Shown: positions 13,471 to 27,129, counted from the first letter of the stretch. The stretch: DNA of 64,000 nucleotides from Camelus dromedarius (GCF_036321535.1 NC_087437.1:80416001-80480000); one strand, 5' to 3'. Numbers and translations are program-made. The notes: generated by a model not told the origin, from the sequence alone.

Positions 13471-13632
13471 ATTTTATTATTATTTTTTTCATCTTTTGGG
13501 GGGGAAGGTAATTAGGTTATTCATTTGGGGGATAATTAAGTTATCCATTTTTTTAATGGAGGTACTCGGGATTGAACCCAGGACCTCAGTCATGCTAGGC
13601 ATGCCGTCTACCAATGAGCTATATGCTCCCCA
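13471..13632 (-). mobile_element. tRNA-derived SINE (Vic-1-like) with 12-bp TSD
   Basis: Reverse SINE body; exact TSD tgcaatgtcctc at 13459-13470 and 13633-13644, followed by ttaa. Confidence 0.9.
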
Positions 13633-14104
13633 TGCAATGTCCTCTTAATACCACATTTTTCAGATATCTGCTCTGATTACCCCAGCTAAAACAGATTTAT
13701 TCCTTCCTAATCAAATATCATAACACTGTATTAGAAACACTAATGCTGCCTTTTCTCACTCTATAGTTATTTGGGGTTTTTTTCCTGAGAAGCCATGTCT
13801 TTTTTTTTTTTTAATTTTTCATAATGCTTTATATATAGTACACACCCAAAATACTGACTGAATGGCTTCAATTTTCTTGTCATGTGCCATTATGTGGAAA
13901 GATCTCTAACCATTCTAATGCAAGGGAAGGAATGGCAGGAATTCAAATTTCTCTTAAATTTTATTTTTAATGTACTTGCCTTCCCACTTATATTGTGCTT
14001 GGGCTGTTTCTCAGATTACATAACTGTCAGAAGGAGAATCACCAGAAGAATGCTGAATAAGTAAGAAGAAGAAATCATTTGGGAATTAAAACTTTTCCTT
14101 AGCT

Positions 14105-14240
14105 ATTTTAGGTCATATTCCCTGGGGGAAAGACTGCAATAGAGATTTGCATCAGTACTTTATTGGCCTCAGGACCAACTGTAAGGGGGAAAAGAAAGAA
14201 GGATTAGACAGAGAGGTTGCACTGTGATACAGAAACAACA
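14105..14240 (-). mobile_element. Old MLT1-type LTR fragment
   Basis: 'taggtcatattccctggg...gagatttgcat...tttattgg...ctgtgat' pattern. Confidence 0.45.
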
Positions 14241-14264
14241 AAGTTCAGTTTTACCTCTCTTCCA

Positions 14265-15752
14265 ATACTGAAGAAAAAGAACAAAGCTGGTGGCACAAAT
14301 CTCCGAGATTTTAGATAATACTACATAGCTACAGTAATCAAAACAGCATGACATTGGCACACAAAAAAAAGACATATAGATCAATGGAACAGAATAGAGA
14401 TCCCAGAAATAAACCCTCACACTGAAGGTCAGTTAATCTTCAACAAAGGAGGCAAGAATATGCAATGGAGAAAAGACAATCTCTTTGACAAGTTGTATTG
14501 GGAAAGCTGGACAGCCTCACGCAAATCAGTGAAATTAGAACACTCCCTCACACCATACACAGAAATAAACTCAAAATGGCTTAAAGACTTAAACATAAGA
14601 CAAGACACTATAAACCTCCTAGAGGAGAACATAGGCAAAACACTCTTTGATATAAATTGTAGCAATATTTTTCCATGTCAGTCTCCCAAGGCAATGAAAA
14701 TAAAAACAAAAATAAACAAATGGGACCTAATTAAACTTACAAGCTTTTGCACAGCAAAGAAAACCATAAACAAAACCTATGGACTGGGAGAAAATATTTG
14801 CAAATGATGCAGCTGACAAGGGCTTAATTTCCAAAATATACAAACAGCTCATACAATTCAATAACAACAACAACAAAACCCAACCCAATCAAAAAAATAG
14901 GCAGAAGACCTAAACATTTATCCAAAGAAGACATACAAATGGCCAGTAGGCATATGAAAAAAATGCTCAATATCACTAATTATCAGACAAATGCAAAACT
15001 ATAATGAGGTATCACCTCACACCAGTCAGAATGGCCATCATTCAAAAGTCCATGAATGATGAATGCTGGAGAGCGTGTGGAGAAAAGGGAACCCTCCTAC
15101 ACTGCCGATGGAAATGTAGTTTGGTGCAGCTATTATAGAAAACAGTATGGAGATTCCTTAAAAAACTAAAAGTAGACTTGTCATATGATCCAGCCATCCC
15201 CTACCCAGGCATATATCCACAGGAAACTTTAATTTAAAAAGATACATGCACCCCAATGTTCATAGCAGCACTATTTACTATAGCATGGACATGGAAGCAA
15301 CCTAAATGTCCATCGATGGACAACTAGATAAAAGAATTGTGGTATCTATCTATTTATCTATCTATCTATCTTTCTATCTCAGCCATAAAAATGAATGAAA
15401 TAATGTCTTTTGCAGCAACATGGAGGGATCTGGAGATTGTCACACTAAGTGAAATAAGCCATAAAGAGAAAGAAAAATACCATATGATATCACATATATG
15501 TGGAATCTAAAAAAATCACGCAAATGAACTTATTTTCAAAACAAACAAACAAAAAAAACCAGACTCACAGACAGAAAACAAACTTATGGTTACCAGGGGG
15601 AAAGGGGATGAGGAGGGATAAGTTGGGAGTTTGAGATTTGCAGATATAAACTACTATATATAAAACAGATAAATAACATGGTCCTACCATATAGCATAGG
15701 GAACTATATTCAATAACTTGTAATGGCCTATAATGAAAAAGAATAAGAAAAG

Positions 15753-15790
<38 letters not shown>

Positions 15791-15893
15791 TGTGTATATA
15801 TATATAAAACTGTATCGCTATGCTGTATACCAGAAACTAACACAATATTGTAAATCAGCTAAACTTCAATTAAAAATTAAAAATAAAATAAAA
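14265..15893 (+). mobile_element. 5'-truncated camelid-type L1 (ORF2 C-terminal part and 3' UTR), disrupted
   Basis: ORF 14460-14807 ([15 protein letters not shown]...[12 protein letters not shown]...[16 protein letters not shown]) is L1 ORF2; 3' UTR and A-tail follow. Confidence 0.95.
15754..15806. repeat. (TA)n microsatellite within L1 3' UTR; (TATC)n also at 15344-15378
   Basis: Direct observation. Confidence 0.95.
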
Positions 15894-15899
15894 TCCACA

Positions 15900-18800
15900 G
15901 AAAAGAAACATACTAAACAGCAACATGAAAGCATATGAAAGCATAAATCTCATTACTAAAAGTAAATATATGACAAATACAGAATAATGTAATACTGTAA
16001 TGATGATGTCTAAGTTACCCTAATATACCAGTAAAAACAAAAAATACTAATGGATACACAACATAAAAAGAAACTCTTGACTACAAGAACACAAAGTGTG
16101 TGGGAGAAGGGAGTAAAAGTGTAGAGTTTTTGTATGTGATTGAATTTAAGTTATCAAGGTATAAGAGATGGTTATAACTACATGATATTTTATGTAAGCT
16201 TCATGCTAAGCACAAAGAAAAAGCCCTAATAGATAAACATAAGATAAAGAGAAAAGAATCAAAGTAACTGCTGCAAAAATCAAAGTAATTGCTGCAAAGG
16301 AAGACAGCAAGAGAAAAAGAGCAAAAACAACTGTGAAACAGACAAATAACAATTAATAAAATGGAAATAGTCAGTCTTCACCTATTAATAATTACTTTAA
16401 AAGTAAATAGATAAAACTCCCAAACAAAAGGCATAAAATCCCTGCATAGAATAAAAACAAGATCCAGTGATATATTGCCTACAAGAGACTCAGGTTAGAT
16501 TTAAAGACACATATCTGAAAGTGAAGGGATGAAAAAAGATATTTCATAAAAGTAGTAATAAAAAGAAAGCAAGAGAGGCAATTATATCAAAGAAAATAGA
16601 CTTTAAGTCAAAAACTATCTCTAGAGACAAACTCGCTCATTATATAATGATGAAAGGGTCAACTCAACAGGAAAATATGAAAACTATAAATACATAAGTA
16701 CCCAACATCAGAGCACCTAAATGCATAAAGCAAACACTGACAAATCTAAAAGGAGAAATTGACAGCAATACAGTTAGAGTATGGGACTTAAATGCCCCAC
16801 TTAAAATAATGGATAGAACATAAAGACAGAAGATTAATAAAGAAATAGCTAACTTGAACAACACTATAGACCAAATGAACCTAACAAACATACACAGAAC
16901 TTTCCACTCAACAGCAGGAAAATACACATTCTTCTCAGGCAAACACAGAACATTCTTTAGGATAGATCATGTTAGGTCACAACAACAAGTCTTAACAAAC
17001 AAGAAGATCAAAATCATTCCAAGTATATTTTCTGACCGTAATGAATTAAAACTAAAAATCAGTAACAGCTAGACAACAGAAAAAGTTACAAATATGTGAA
17101 AACCGAACAACATTCTTGAACAACAATTGGGTCAAAAAACAAATCAAAAGAAAACTGTAAAAGTATCTTGAGACAATGGAAATGAAAACATATCAAAAAT
17201 TTGGGGATACAGCAAAAGCAGTAATAAGACAGAAGGAAATAAGAAAGATTAGAGTATTAAGAATTAAATCAAATAGGAAATAGAAAAAGAAAAGAAAAAA
17301 TCAATAAAACTAAAATTTGGTATTAAGATAAAGAAAGTCAATAAACCCTTAGGCAGACTAAGAAAAAAGATAAAGACTCAAATAAATAAAACCTTAAATG
17401 AAAGAGGAGCATTACAATGGAAGCCTCAGAAATAAAAAGGATTATAAAGGACTATTATGAACAATTACATACCAACAAAGAGGATAACCTACAAGAAATG
17501 GATAAATTCCTAGAAATACGCAACCTACTAAACTGAATCAAGAAGAAATAGAATGCCTGAAGAGACCAATAACAAATAAGGAGATTGAATCAGCAATCAA
17601 AAATCTTCCAACAAAGATAAGCCCAAGACCAGATGATTTTATAGGTGAGTTCTACCAAACATTCAAAGAAGAATTAATACCAATTCTTTCTAAATTCTTC
17701 AAAAAAATGTAAGAAGAGGAAATACATCCAAACTCACTTTATGAGACTAGCATCACTCTGATATCAAAACCAAAGCTACTATAAGAAAAGAAAATGACAG
17801 GCCAATATCCCTGATGAACATAGATGCAAAAATCACTAATAAAATACTAGCAAACTGAACTCAATAGCACATGAAATGGGTCATAAACCACAACTAAGTG
17901 GGATTCAATGCTGGGAAGCAAGGATGGTTCAACATATGCAAATCAATTGTCCATTGATGGATGAATAATGTGATATACCATATTAAAAAAATGAAAGAAA
18001 AAAGTACATGATCATTTCAATAGACTCAGGAAAAGCATTTAACAAAATTAAGCACACTTTCATGATTAAAAATCTCAAAAAATAATTATAAATGGAACTT
18101 ACCTCAACCCAATAGAAGCCATATATGAAAAGCTGACAGCTAACATCATAACCAATTGGAAAATAACTACAAACTTTTCCCTCTAAGATCTGGTACAAGG
18201 CAAGGATGCCCATTCCCATCATTTCTCCTCAATATATTACTGGAATTCCTAGTCAGAGCAATTAGACAAGAAAATGAAATAAAAGGCATACAAATCAGAA
18301 AGGAAGAAGTAAAAGTATCTTTACTTGCAGATAATATAATCATACACGTGAAAAATTCCTAAAAGCTCAACAAAAAAGGATAGAACTAATACATTCAGTA
18401 AAGTTGTAGAATACAAAATCAATCACATTTCTATACACAATGAACAATCCAAAAAAACTGAGAAAAAATTCCATTCACAATAGCATCAAAAAGAATAAAA
18501 TACTTACGAATAAACTTAATCAATGAAGACTGTACACTCAAAATTATAAGATATTGATGAAAGAATTTTAAAGGACACAGATAAACGGAAAGACAATTCA
18601 TGTACATAGATCAGAAGAATTAATATCATTAAAGTGTCCATACTACCCACTACAGATTCAGTGCAATCCCCATCAAAATACCAATGGCATTCTTTATAGA
18701 ATTATGAAAATAATCCGAAAATTCATATGGAACCACAGAAGATTTCAAACAGCCAAAGCCAACTTGAGCAAGAAGAACAAAGTTAGAGGCATCACACTTT

Positions 18801-20457
18801 CTGATTTCCAAATATATTACAAAGCTACTATAGTCAAACAATTGGTACTGATAGAAAAACAGATATATAGACCAATGGAACAGAATAGACAATCCAGAAA
18901 TAAATCCACTTATGTATGGTCAACAGACCTTCAACAAGAGTGTCAAGAGTACACAATGGGGAAAGAATAGTCTCTTCAATGAATGGTAGTGAGAAAACTG
19001 AATATCCACATACAGACCAATGAAATTGTACCTTTATATCACTCCATATACAAAAACCAACTTAAAATGGATTGAAGACTTAAGCATAAGACCTGGAACC
19101 ATAAAACTGTCAGAAGAAAACACAAGGGGAAAACTTCTTGGTATTGTGTCTGGGCAATGATATTTTGGATATGACACAAAAATCATAGACAACTAAGGCA
19201 AAAAAGCCATGGGATTGCATCAAACTGAAAAGCTTTCCCACATCAGAGGAAACCATCAACAAAATGAAAAGGCAACTTATTTGATGGGAGAAAATATTTA
19301 CAAACCGCATATCTGATAAGGGGTTAATATCCAAATATATAAGTAATTCATACAATTTAATAGCAAAAAAAAAAAAAGATTAAAAAATAGGCAGAGGACC
19401 TAAATAGACATTTCTCAAAAGAAGACATACAAATGGCCAAGAGATACATGAAAAAATGCTCTGTATCTCTAATCATCAGAGAAATGCAAATCAAAACCAC
19501 AATGTTTTTGTTTATTTACATTGAAATCAGGTGAGTTTTCACACCTGTTAGAATGCCTATTAATCAAAAAGACAAGAGATAACAAATGTCGGTGAGGATG
19601 TCTACGAAGAGAACCCTTGAACACTATTGATGGTAGTGTAAATTGGTACAGCCATTTTGGAAAACAGTATAGACGTTCTTCAAAAAATTATACACAGAAC
19701 TGCCTTATGATCCAGCAATCCCACTTCTGAGTACATATCCAATGGAAATGAAATCAGTATCTCAAAATATCTGCTCTCCCATGTTCACTGCAGCATTATT
19801 CACAATTGCCAAGATATGGAAATAATCTAAATGTCTATTAATGAATGAATGAATAAAGCAGAAGTGGTATATGTATAAACAATGAAATATTATTCAATCT
19901 TCAAAAGGAAGGAAATCCAGACATTTACAACAGCATGTATGAACCTGGAGAACGTCATGCTAAGTGATATAAGCCAGACAGAAAGACAAACACTGTGTGG
20001 TCTCACATATGTGTGGAACCTCCATATGACGGAGTCACATTCATAAAACTAGAGAGTAGAATGGTGGTTGCCAGGACTTAGAGAAGGGGAAGTGGGGAGA
20101 TGTTGGTCAAAGGGTACAAAGTTTCAGTTAAGCAAAATGAACAAGTTCTGAAGATCTAATGTACAGCAATGTGAACATAGTTACCAATACTGTATTATAT
20201 ACTTGAAATTTGCTAAGAAGGTAGATCTTAAGTATTCTCATCACAAAAAAGAAGGAAGGAAGGAAGGGAAGGAGGGAGGGAGGGAGGGAGGAAGGGAGAA
20301 GCGGAGGAAATGGTAGCTATATGAGGTGATAGATATGTTACTTTGCTTGATTGTGGCAATTATTTCACAATGCATATCTGTATCAAAACACTGTCATACA
20401 CTTTGAACAAACACAAATTTTGTCAATTATACCTCCATAAAGATAGGGGCAAAAAAC
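15900..20457 (+). mobile_element. Older L1 (L1MA9-like): inter-ORF region, degenerate full ORF2 and 3' UTR
   Basis: EN motifs (NNTIDQMNLTNIHRTFH), RT motifs ([11 protein letters not shown]...LLADNII), and an L1MA-type 3' end 'gggtacaaagtttcagtta...ttgtcaattatacctccataaag'. Confidence 0.92.
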
Positions 20458-22191
20458 ATCATGGTGCTATTACATAGAATTGTATGTGGAATATAGCTTA
20501 GCAGAATGCTTCATATATTCATTTATTCAAGGAATCAGTAAATACCAAATAGTAATAGTATATTTGAAGATACTGTAAATTTGAGGAAGTATATTTGATC
20601 ATCAGTGAACTATATTCCATAGAAGAGATCCAGTAAAACCACATTTTGAAAGCTTGGGCTATGAAATATCCCAAAGCCCTGTGATCCCATGATACTGGGA
20701 AACAACGAGCCCCAATTGTCCTAGAGCAGGATACTCTTATATTATGGTTCCCTACTTTTTAGCTCATAGTTCCTCTAAAAGATCTTTTTAAAACTATATA
20801 CTTCTTCACATGTTTCACTTCTTATTCTAGGGTTTTGAGTTTTATTTCTTATTATTAGGAAAGAGAAATGTATACATTTCATGAAATAAAATAAATGAGG
20901 TCTCACTAATTAGAATAAATATTTCATAATATGATTTGATGAAATATGTGTTAACTCTTATTGAATAAAGGGCAGCCAGTTTGTAAACACATCTCATAAA
21001 CTGCTATAGCTTCTGTAAAAAGTAAAGTTAATTTCTTGGCTCTACAAGACTGGGGTGGAAAATTAGTATAATACATTTGACTAGTTATTCATACTTTTCA
21101 AAGAAAGTTCCATACTCTTATCTCTCCAGATGGGCTTTATCTCTGAACTTTCATTTGGTGGGAGAACCACTACTCTTGAATCTCTGTGGCCTTTATAGAG
21201 ACATCAAGTGGAAGGTGGCTGAACTTAAGTTTCCTGAAGTTGACTCTCCCATGTCTCAAGATTTTCTCATGTATTTTTGACTTTCTGTGTTTAACTCAGC
21301 CCACCATTGAGAGTCCGCTTCTTTCAGGGAACTTCTTTCAATTTATGGGAAAGTGGAAGGATGATAATTTCCCACATGGTCAATGAACAGAAAGCATTAC
21401 TTGTGTATTTAAAGCCTGTTTCAACAAGACAGGGAGATAAAACCATGAGAGAAGGAGGTATTTTTTAAGTGCTACAACTGCTCCAGAAGATCATTTGTTC
21501 TTGGGTTGTAGAGGAAATTTTGACAGAATATGAAACTTAATTGATGGTTATCAAAAGATTATGCAGATAACTTTAAAACTGTTAGGCAGCATTCACACCC
21601 ACCAATTCTCCTTAAACCAATATCCCGGAAAGACCTGAAATTTACATTTGCGTTATCAATGAAGTAAAGGTCACAGAATTCTTGAGCTAGGAGCATTTTG
21701 AAAATATCTAGCTCACTACTCCATTTTCAGATGCCAAAAAAAGTGAAAATATGAGAAGAGTTTCTATCTTTTAAAATCTACTACCATTGAATTATCATGG
21801 CAAATAAATGAAAACAACTGATGCATAGTTCAGCAAGTCAATAGGAAATAAAAGAAGAATCTCTTCTGATGCACTCTTCCTGCTGAGGTAGATATTAAAG
21901 GTATTTTTTCCACAGCGAAGTTGCAAAGTGCTGCTACAGCAGAAAATCTGTTTTTAAAAATGCTAGACACAGTATTTACTGTAAAAGGTTAACTGTGATG
22001 TGTTAGGATTTTGTTGTCCAATTATAAGAAATTGTTAACATTTAGGGAGGCTGTGAGTAGTTTAATTGTTTAGAGCTTAAGTCAATGAAACCAATACATT
22101 TAACCCCCATATTGTTCACCTTCTTAGGCACTGCTTTACAGCTAATGTCTTCTCCCCTGAACTTGACCAGTCTTTTCAAAAATGTGTATTA

Positions 22192-22398
22192 GCATTACCA
22201 CGTATAAATAAACAGCAAGGACCTACTGTATAGCGCAGGAAACTATACTCAATTTTTTGTAATAAGCTATAGTGGAAAAGAATCTGAATACATATAAATG
22301 TGTATATTTATATACACATATGGATATGCATAACTGACTCACTTTGCTATACACCTGAAACTAACATTGTAAATTAACTACACTTCAATAAAAAATAG
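22192..22398 (+). mobile_element. Short 5'-truncated L1 3' end (host of the nested element; its tail resumes at 25508-25529)
   Basis: 'aacagcaaggacctactgtatagc...cacttcaataaaaa'; outer TSD aa[a/g]aatgtgtatta at 22178-22191 / 25530-25543. Confidence 0.85.
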
Positions 22399-25300
22399 GG
22401 CAGGTGCCAAGATGGCAGAGTAGAGAGACTCACAATTCACCCTCTCCCACAAATACACCAAGAATTACATCTACAAACACATTGAATGGAACAGAACACC
22501 TACTGAACTCTTGCAGAGTGTCTCTCACTTCGAAATACAGGACGATTCTCACAAAATCCACCAGGAGGTCACAGGGACAGAAGCAGAGCTTCTGAGGCTC
22601 AGAGGGGAAAGTGGCATTCACTTGGCAAACAGAGCTAAAGTAAACTGGCATAGAAGGTCCGTGCGATCCCTGGCCCTAGACACCAGCGGGCAGGGAAAAG
22701 CTGGGACTGGCTGCTGGAGACTGGTGAGGAGCCCGAGGAGAGGGCTGGGGCCCACTGCACAGAGGCAGCCTCAGGGGACTGGAAGGTGGTGTGAGCTCTG
22801 GCTGGGGGTGTGTGTGGAACAGAATAGCCTGGAACCCCAATAAAAAAGCACCACTGCTGGTGTGTGTGGAGGGGGAGTGCAACGCAGCCTCACCACAGCC
22901 CCTGTTTCCACTTGGTGAGAAGAGGGCTGGGGCTCAGTCTCAGCAATAGATGCTGCGCAGAGGCAGGGCTGAAAGCTGAATCCATACCCAGGGGCCCTGC
23001 AACTTCTCAGGCGGGACTGAGGTCTGTCTACAGCCCCAGGCAGAGAGGTTGGATTTGCTCTCTCTGGACCGTTTGTGGACCCACGCCTCTGGGACAACAG
23101 GCAGTGAGCAGAGTTCTGGCACATGGTGGGGGCAAGTATGGGCCAGTGTACCCTACCATCCACGGAGGCAGGGCTGGGGTCTGCACTGACCCTGTGGCAC
23201 TACAGATTCAGGGGTATGACTGCTCGCTCACTATGGCGGGTCCTAGTGCCTGACATTGGCAGAACTGCGCTGGTGGTTCCTGGGACCCAGAACCTGGGGG
23301 CCACCAGAGTGGGTGGCCAACATTCCCACAGCTAAGGAGGGGACAAAGGCAGCATCAATAAAGAGTACTTTCTAAGCCTGCACAGCAAGTGACAGACAAC
23401 ACCATGGAGGGCACTTCCCCGTCGACATCTCCTACAGAGGTACACTCAGCAACTTTTCTTCCCAACTGAAGTGTTCCAACCCTGCCTACCATAAACTACA
23501 GCTTAAAAACAGGTCTAGAAGCCTCTATTCCAGCAACAGGAGAGCAGATCCAGCCCCCTGTCAAGGCTGTGACAACCACAAAACAAAAAAGGAGGCCCCA
23601 CTAAACAACAATCAGGGCAGGCTCTGATCACCACAACACCAACCACACTCCCAATCAAAGGGTAACAGCCAACACACATGGAAGGAAGACATGGCAACCA
23701 TCTATAGTAAGCACAGCCCTCGCAACAAAACTATTAGATGCACACAGTCTACATGGGGTCACTCCCACTTTAAATAAAAACAAACCAACCAACCAACAAA
23801 AACAGCCCTTCAAGACCACAGTAGATAACTGGTACTCCTAAATCCACAGACCCAGAGAAATATAAGTAAAATGAAGAAGCAGAGGAACCACTCCCAATTA
23901 AAAGAACAAGAAAAGTCCCCTGAAAGAATAAACAGTGAGATAGACCTTGACAATCTACTAGATCATGACTTCAAAAAGGGGATGATAAAAGCACTGAAGG
24001 AAATAAGAGAGATTATGAATAGAGATAGAGGATACTATAAAAAAGGAAATAGAAACTATAAATAAGAGCCAATTAAAAACAGAAAACTCAATGGCTGAGA
24101 TAAGAGCTGAGTAAAAGCAGACCAGATAATGCAGAGGAATGAATAAGTGACTTAGAAGACAGGATAACAGAAGTCACCCAATCAGAACAGCAGACATAAA
24201 AGCAAGTAAAAACCAGTGAAAGCAATATAAGGGACCTATGGGATAAAATAAAGTATGCTGACCTTTGCATAATAGGGGTCCCAGAAGGAAAAGAAAGAGA
24301 AAAGGGGATTGAAAAGGTATTTGAAGAAATCATGACTGAAAACTTCTCAAACCTAAAGAAGGAACCAGATATCCAAGTACAGGAAGCACAGAACCCAAAG
24401 AGACCTACACAGAGACAAATTATAATTAAGATGGCCAAAGTTAAAGATAAAGAAATGATTCTAAAGGTACTAAGAGAAAAAGAGTTAGTTATAAGAGAAC
24501 CCCGCATAAGGCTTTCAGCTGATTTCTCTACACAAACACTATTGGCCAGAAGGGAGTGGCAAGATACATTCAAAATCCTGAATGAGTACAGCTGCAACCT
24601 AGGATACTCTATCAGGCAAGACTATCCTTTAGAGTATGAGGAGAGATAAAGAATTTCACAGACAAGCAAAAACTAAAAGAATTCAGCAATACTAAACCTA
24701 TCCTAAAAGAAATTGAAAGGTCTACTCTAAATAGAAAAAAAGCAGAAAGCTATAGAAATGAGAAAACCATAATTGGAAATGCGGTAACTACAATGAGTTG
24801 CAAGAGAATAAACACGAAGATTACAAAAAAATAAAGGACATCAAAATCATAAAAGGTGGGAGAGGGCAACAAGAAAATATACATTTTTTTCTCTCTCTTC
24901 TTTTTTTTTTCTTTTTTCTTTTTTTTTTTTTCCTTCATTCTTTTTAGGATGTGTTTGAGCCCACATGACTACCAGTCTAAAGCAAACAGATATAGTAAGG
25001 GGTTAACACACTTGAAAAACAGGGTAACCCCAAATCAAAAGCATACAACAGAGTCACAAAAACCAAAAAGAAACCAAGCTAATAATACAAAAGAAAATTA
25101 TCAAACCAGAAAAATACCATATGATATCACTTATATGTGGAATCTTCAAAAAATATATATAAGTATATATATGATATATAACAAAAATATAAATATATAT
25201 ATATATATATGAACTTATTTACAAAACAGAAACAAACTCACAGACATAGAAAACAAACATGGTTACCAGTGGGGGAAGCAGGTGGGAAGGGATAAATTGG

Positions 25301-25498
25301 GAGTCTGAGATTTGCAGATACTAACTACTGTATATAAAATAGATAAATAAGTTCATACTGTATAGCACAGGGAACTATACTCAATATCTTGTAATAACTT
25401 ATGGTGAAAAAGAATATGAAAACAAATATATGTATGTTCATGTATGATGGAAGCATTATGCTGTACACCAAAAATTGACACAACATTGTAAACTGACT
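22399..25498 (+). mobile_element. ORF2-less L1 (5'UTR + disrupted ORF1 + inter-ORF + 3' UTR); half-L1-like
   Basis: 5' start with YY1-type 'ccaagatggc'; GC-richer 5'UTR; ORF1 remnants at 23871-24730 (MKKQRNHSQLKEQEKSPE; MTENFSNLKKE; IRLSADFSTQTLLARREW); direct jump to 3' UTR at about 25107; TSD taaaaaatag at 22389-22398 / 25498-25507. Confidence 0.88.
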
Positions 25499-25574
25499 AA
25501 AAAATAGATAAATAAAAATTAAGAAAAAAAAGAATGTGTATTAAGATTAAGAAATAACTCAGTAATCAAGTACA

Positions 25575-25945
25575 GATCATCCATCCTATTGGGTGAGAAG
25601 TAGTATCTCATTGTGACTTTGACATGCTTTTCCCTAATGACTAATGATATTGAGCACCTTTTCATGTGGTTATTGACCACATGTATATCATTTGGAGAAA
25701 AGTCTATGCAATTCCTTTCCTTGTTTTTAATTGGATTATTTGTCTTTTATTGTTAGTTTAACAGTACTTTTTATATACTGAATACAAATTCCTTATCAAA
25801 GAAATTATTTGCAAATATGTCCTCCCATTACATTGGTTGCCCTTTTACTTTCTTGATGGTGTCCTTTGAAGCATAAACATTTTTAATTTTAATGAAGTAC
25901 CATTTACCTGTTTTTTTTCCTCCTATCCCTCATGATTTTAGTGTC
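25575..25945 (-). mobile_element. Old L1 ORF2 3' fragment, antisense
   Basis: 'tatctcattgtgactttgacatgcttttccctaatgactaatgatattgagcaccttttcatgtg'. Confidence 0.85.
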
Positions 25946-27129
25946 TTCTTTTTTAATTTTGCACTCATTCAAATATATATATACACAATACAGAGAGGTT
26001 TAAAATTAATCCAGAGATCAAGGACTACCTACTCTAAAGACAACCTAGCGACACTGGATCCTGGTTGTACATAAAGGACAGATCAGAACTCTGTACTATG
26101 CAAATTCATTGATTTCTATGCTCTCCCACCATCTGACCCCTCTACTCCCACCCTATTCACCTTTAGTTTTTGCCAAAGTTCCTTTTGCAAGAGTCCAACA
26201 TTATCACAGGAGAACTAAAAGCAAAAAAAACTACATCTTTCCCAAGATATACTGGGAAATCAATATGTTCTCAATGACCAGATGTCTCTGTGGTACACCT
26301 TCAACTAAAAAGTTCACAAGGGCCAGTATAGAACGTATGGACCCAAAAGGGGCAGAACTGGGTAGAAACATGACTATCTTTCTCTCCTTCCTTGGGCACC
26401 AAAATTGCAAGAAGAAATGACAGCTAAAAGTCCAAGAGAAGAATCAGAAATGGATGAAAAGTAAATTTAAGGACTCAAAAGTACATACGGGCTCTGCTCA
26501 TTTTGAAAAGGAGCAGGTTGTTCTGCATAACTCAGGGGGTATGATTGGGTGCCATCAGCCAGGACCTCTTTCCCAAAGTAGCAGCAAGTTATCACTACAT
26601 CCATCTAAAGGGAGATTGGGGTCATCTTAGAAATCTGACTACAACAAAATGGAAATGGACTAAACTAGAATGTTTTACTCCTAATTCACCAATCATAGAA
26701 AAGAGTACTTGATTGGCCCAGGCTGCTCAACTTACCACCTCTGCTCCAATCAAAGTAGCCAACATTGTTTAGTACAAACATAGCTCCTCCAGTAAGAAAA
26801 GGTGAAAACATGTCTAATATGAAAACAGTTTCACTACTTGGTAGGAAGAACAGTGGTAATCTATCAGTTACATAATCTCAGGGCAAGTTCACAGTCTTTA
26901 TTGTTGCTATATTTAATGAGTCTGTTCTGTTAAGAATCAGTGGGGTTTTTCTAACTTCTCCATACACACACACACACACTTATTCCCACAGATCAGTTAA
27001 ATTACCACCGCAATTATGAGATTAAATATTTTTTCGCAAGCACATATCTAGGTTGAGTTATTTCTCTAAACACAGTGAATTCTCCCATAACACAGAACAA
27101 ACCCAAATTCTGAGGTTTCTTGTGTTGTA

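Noticed and set aside
16257..16298. 21-bp tandem duplication
   Set aside because: Ordinary slippage duplication inside an L1.
22511..23335. Cluster of ORFs in a GC-richer segment
   Set aside because: Lies in the L1 5'UTR, with no evidence of coding function.
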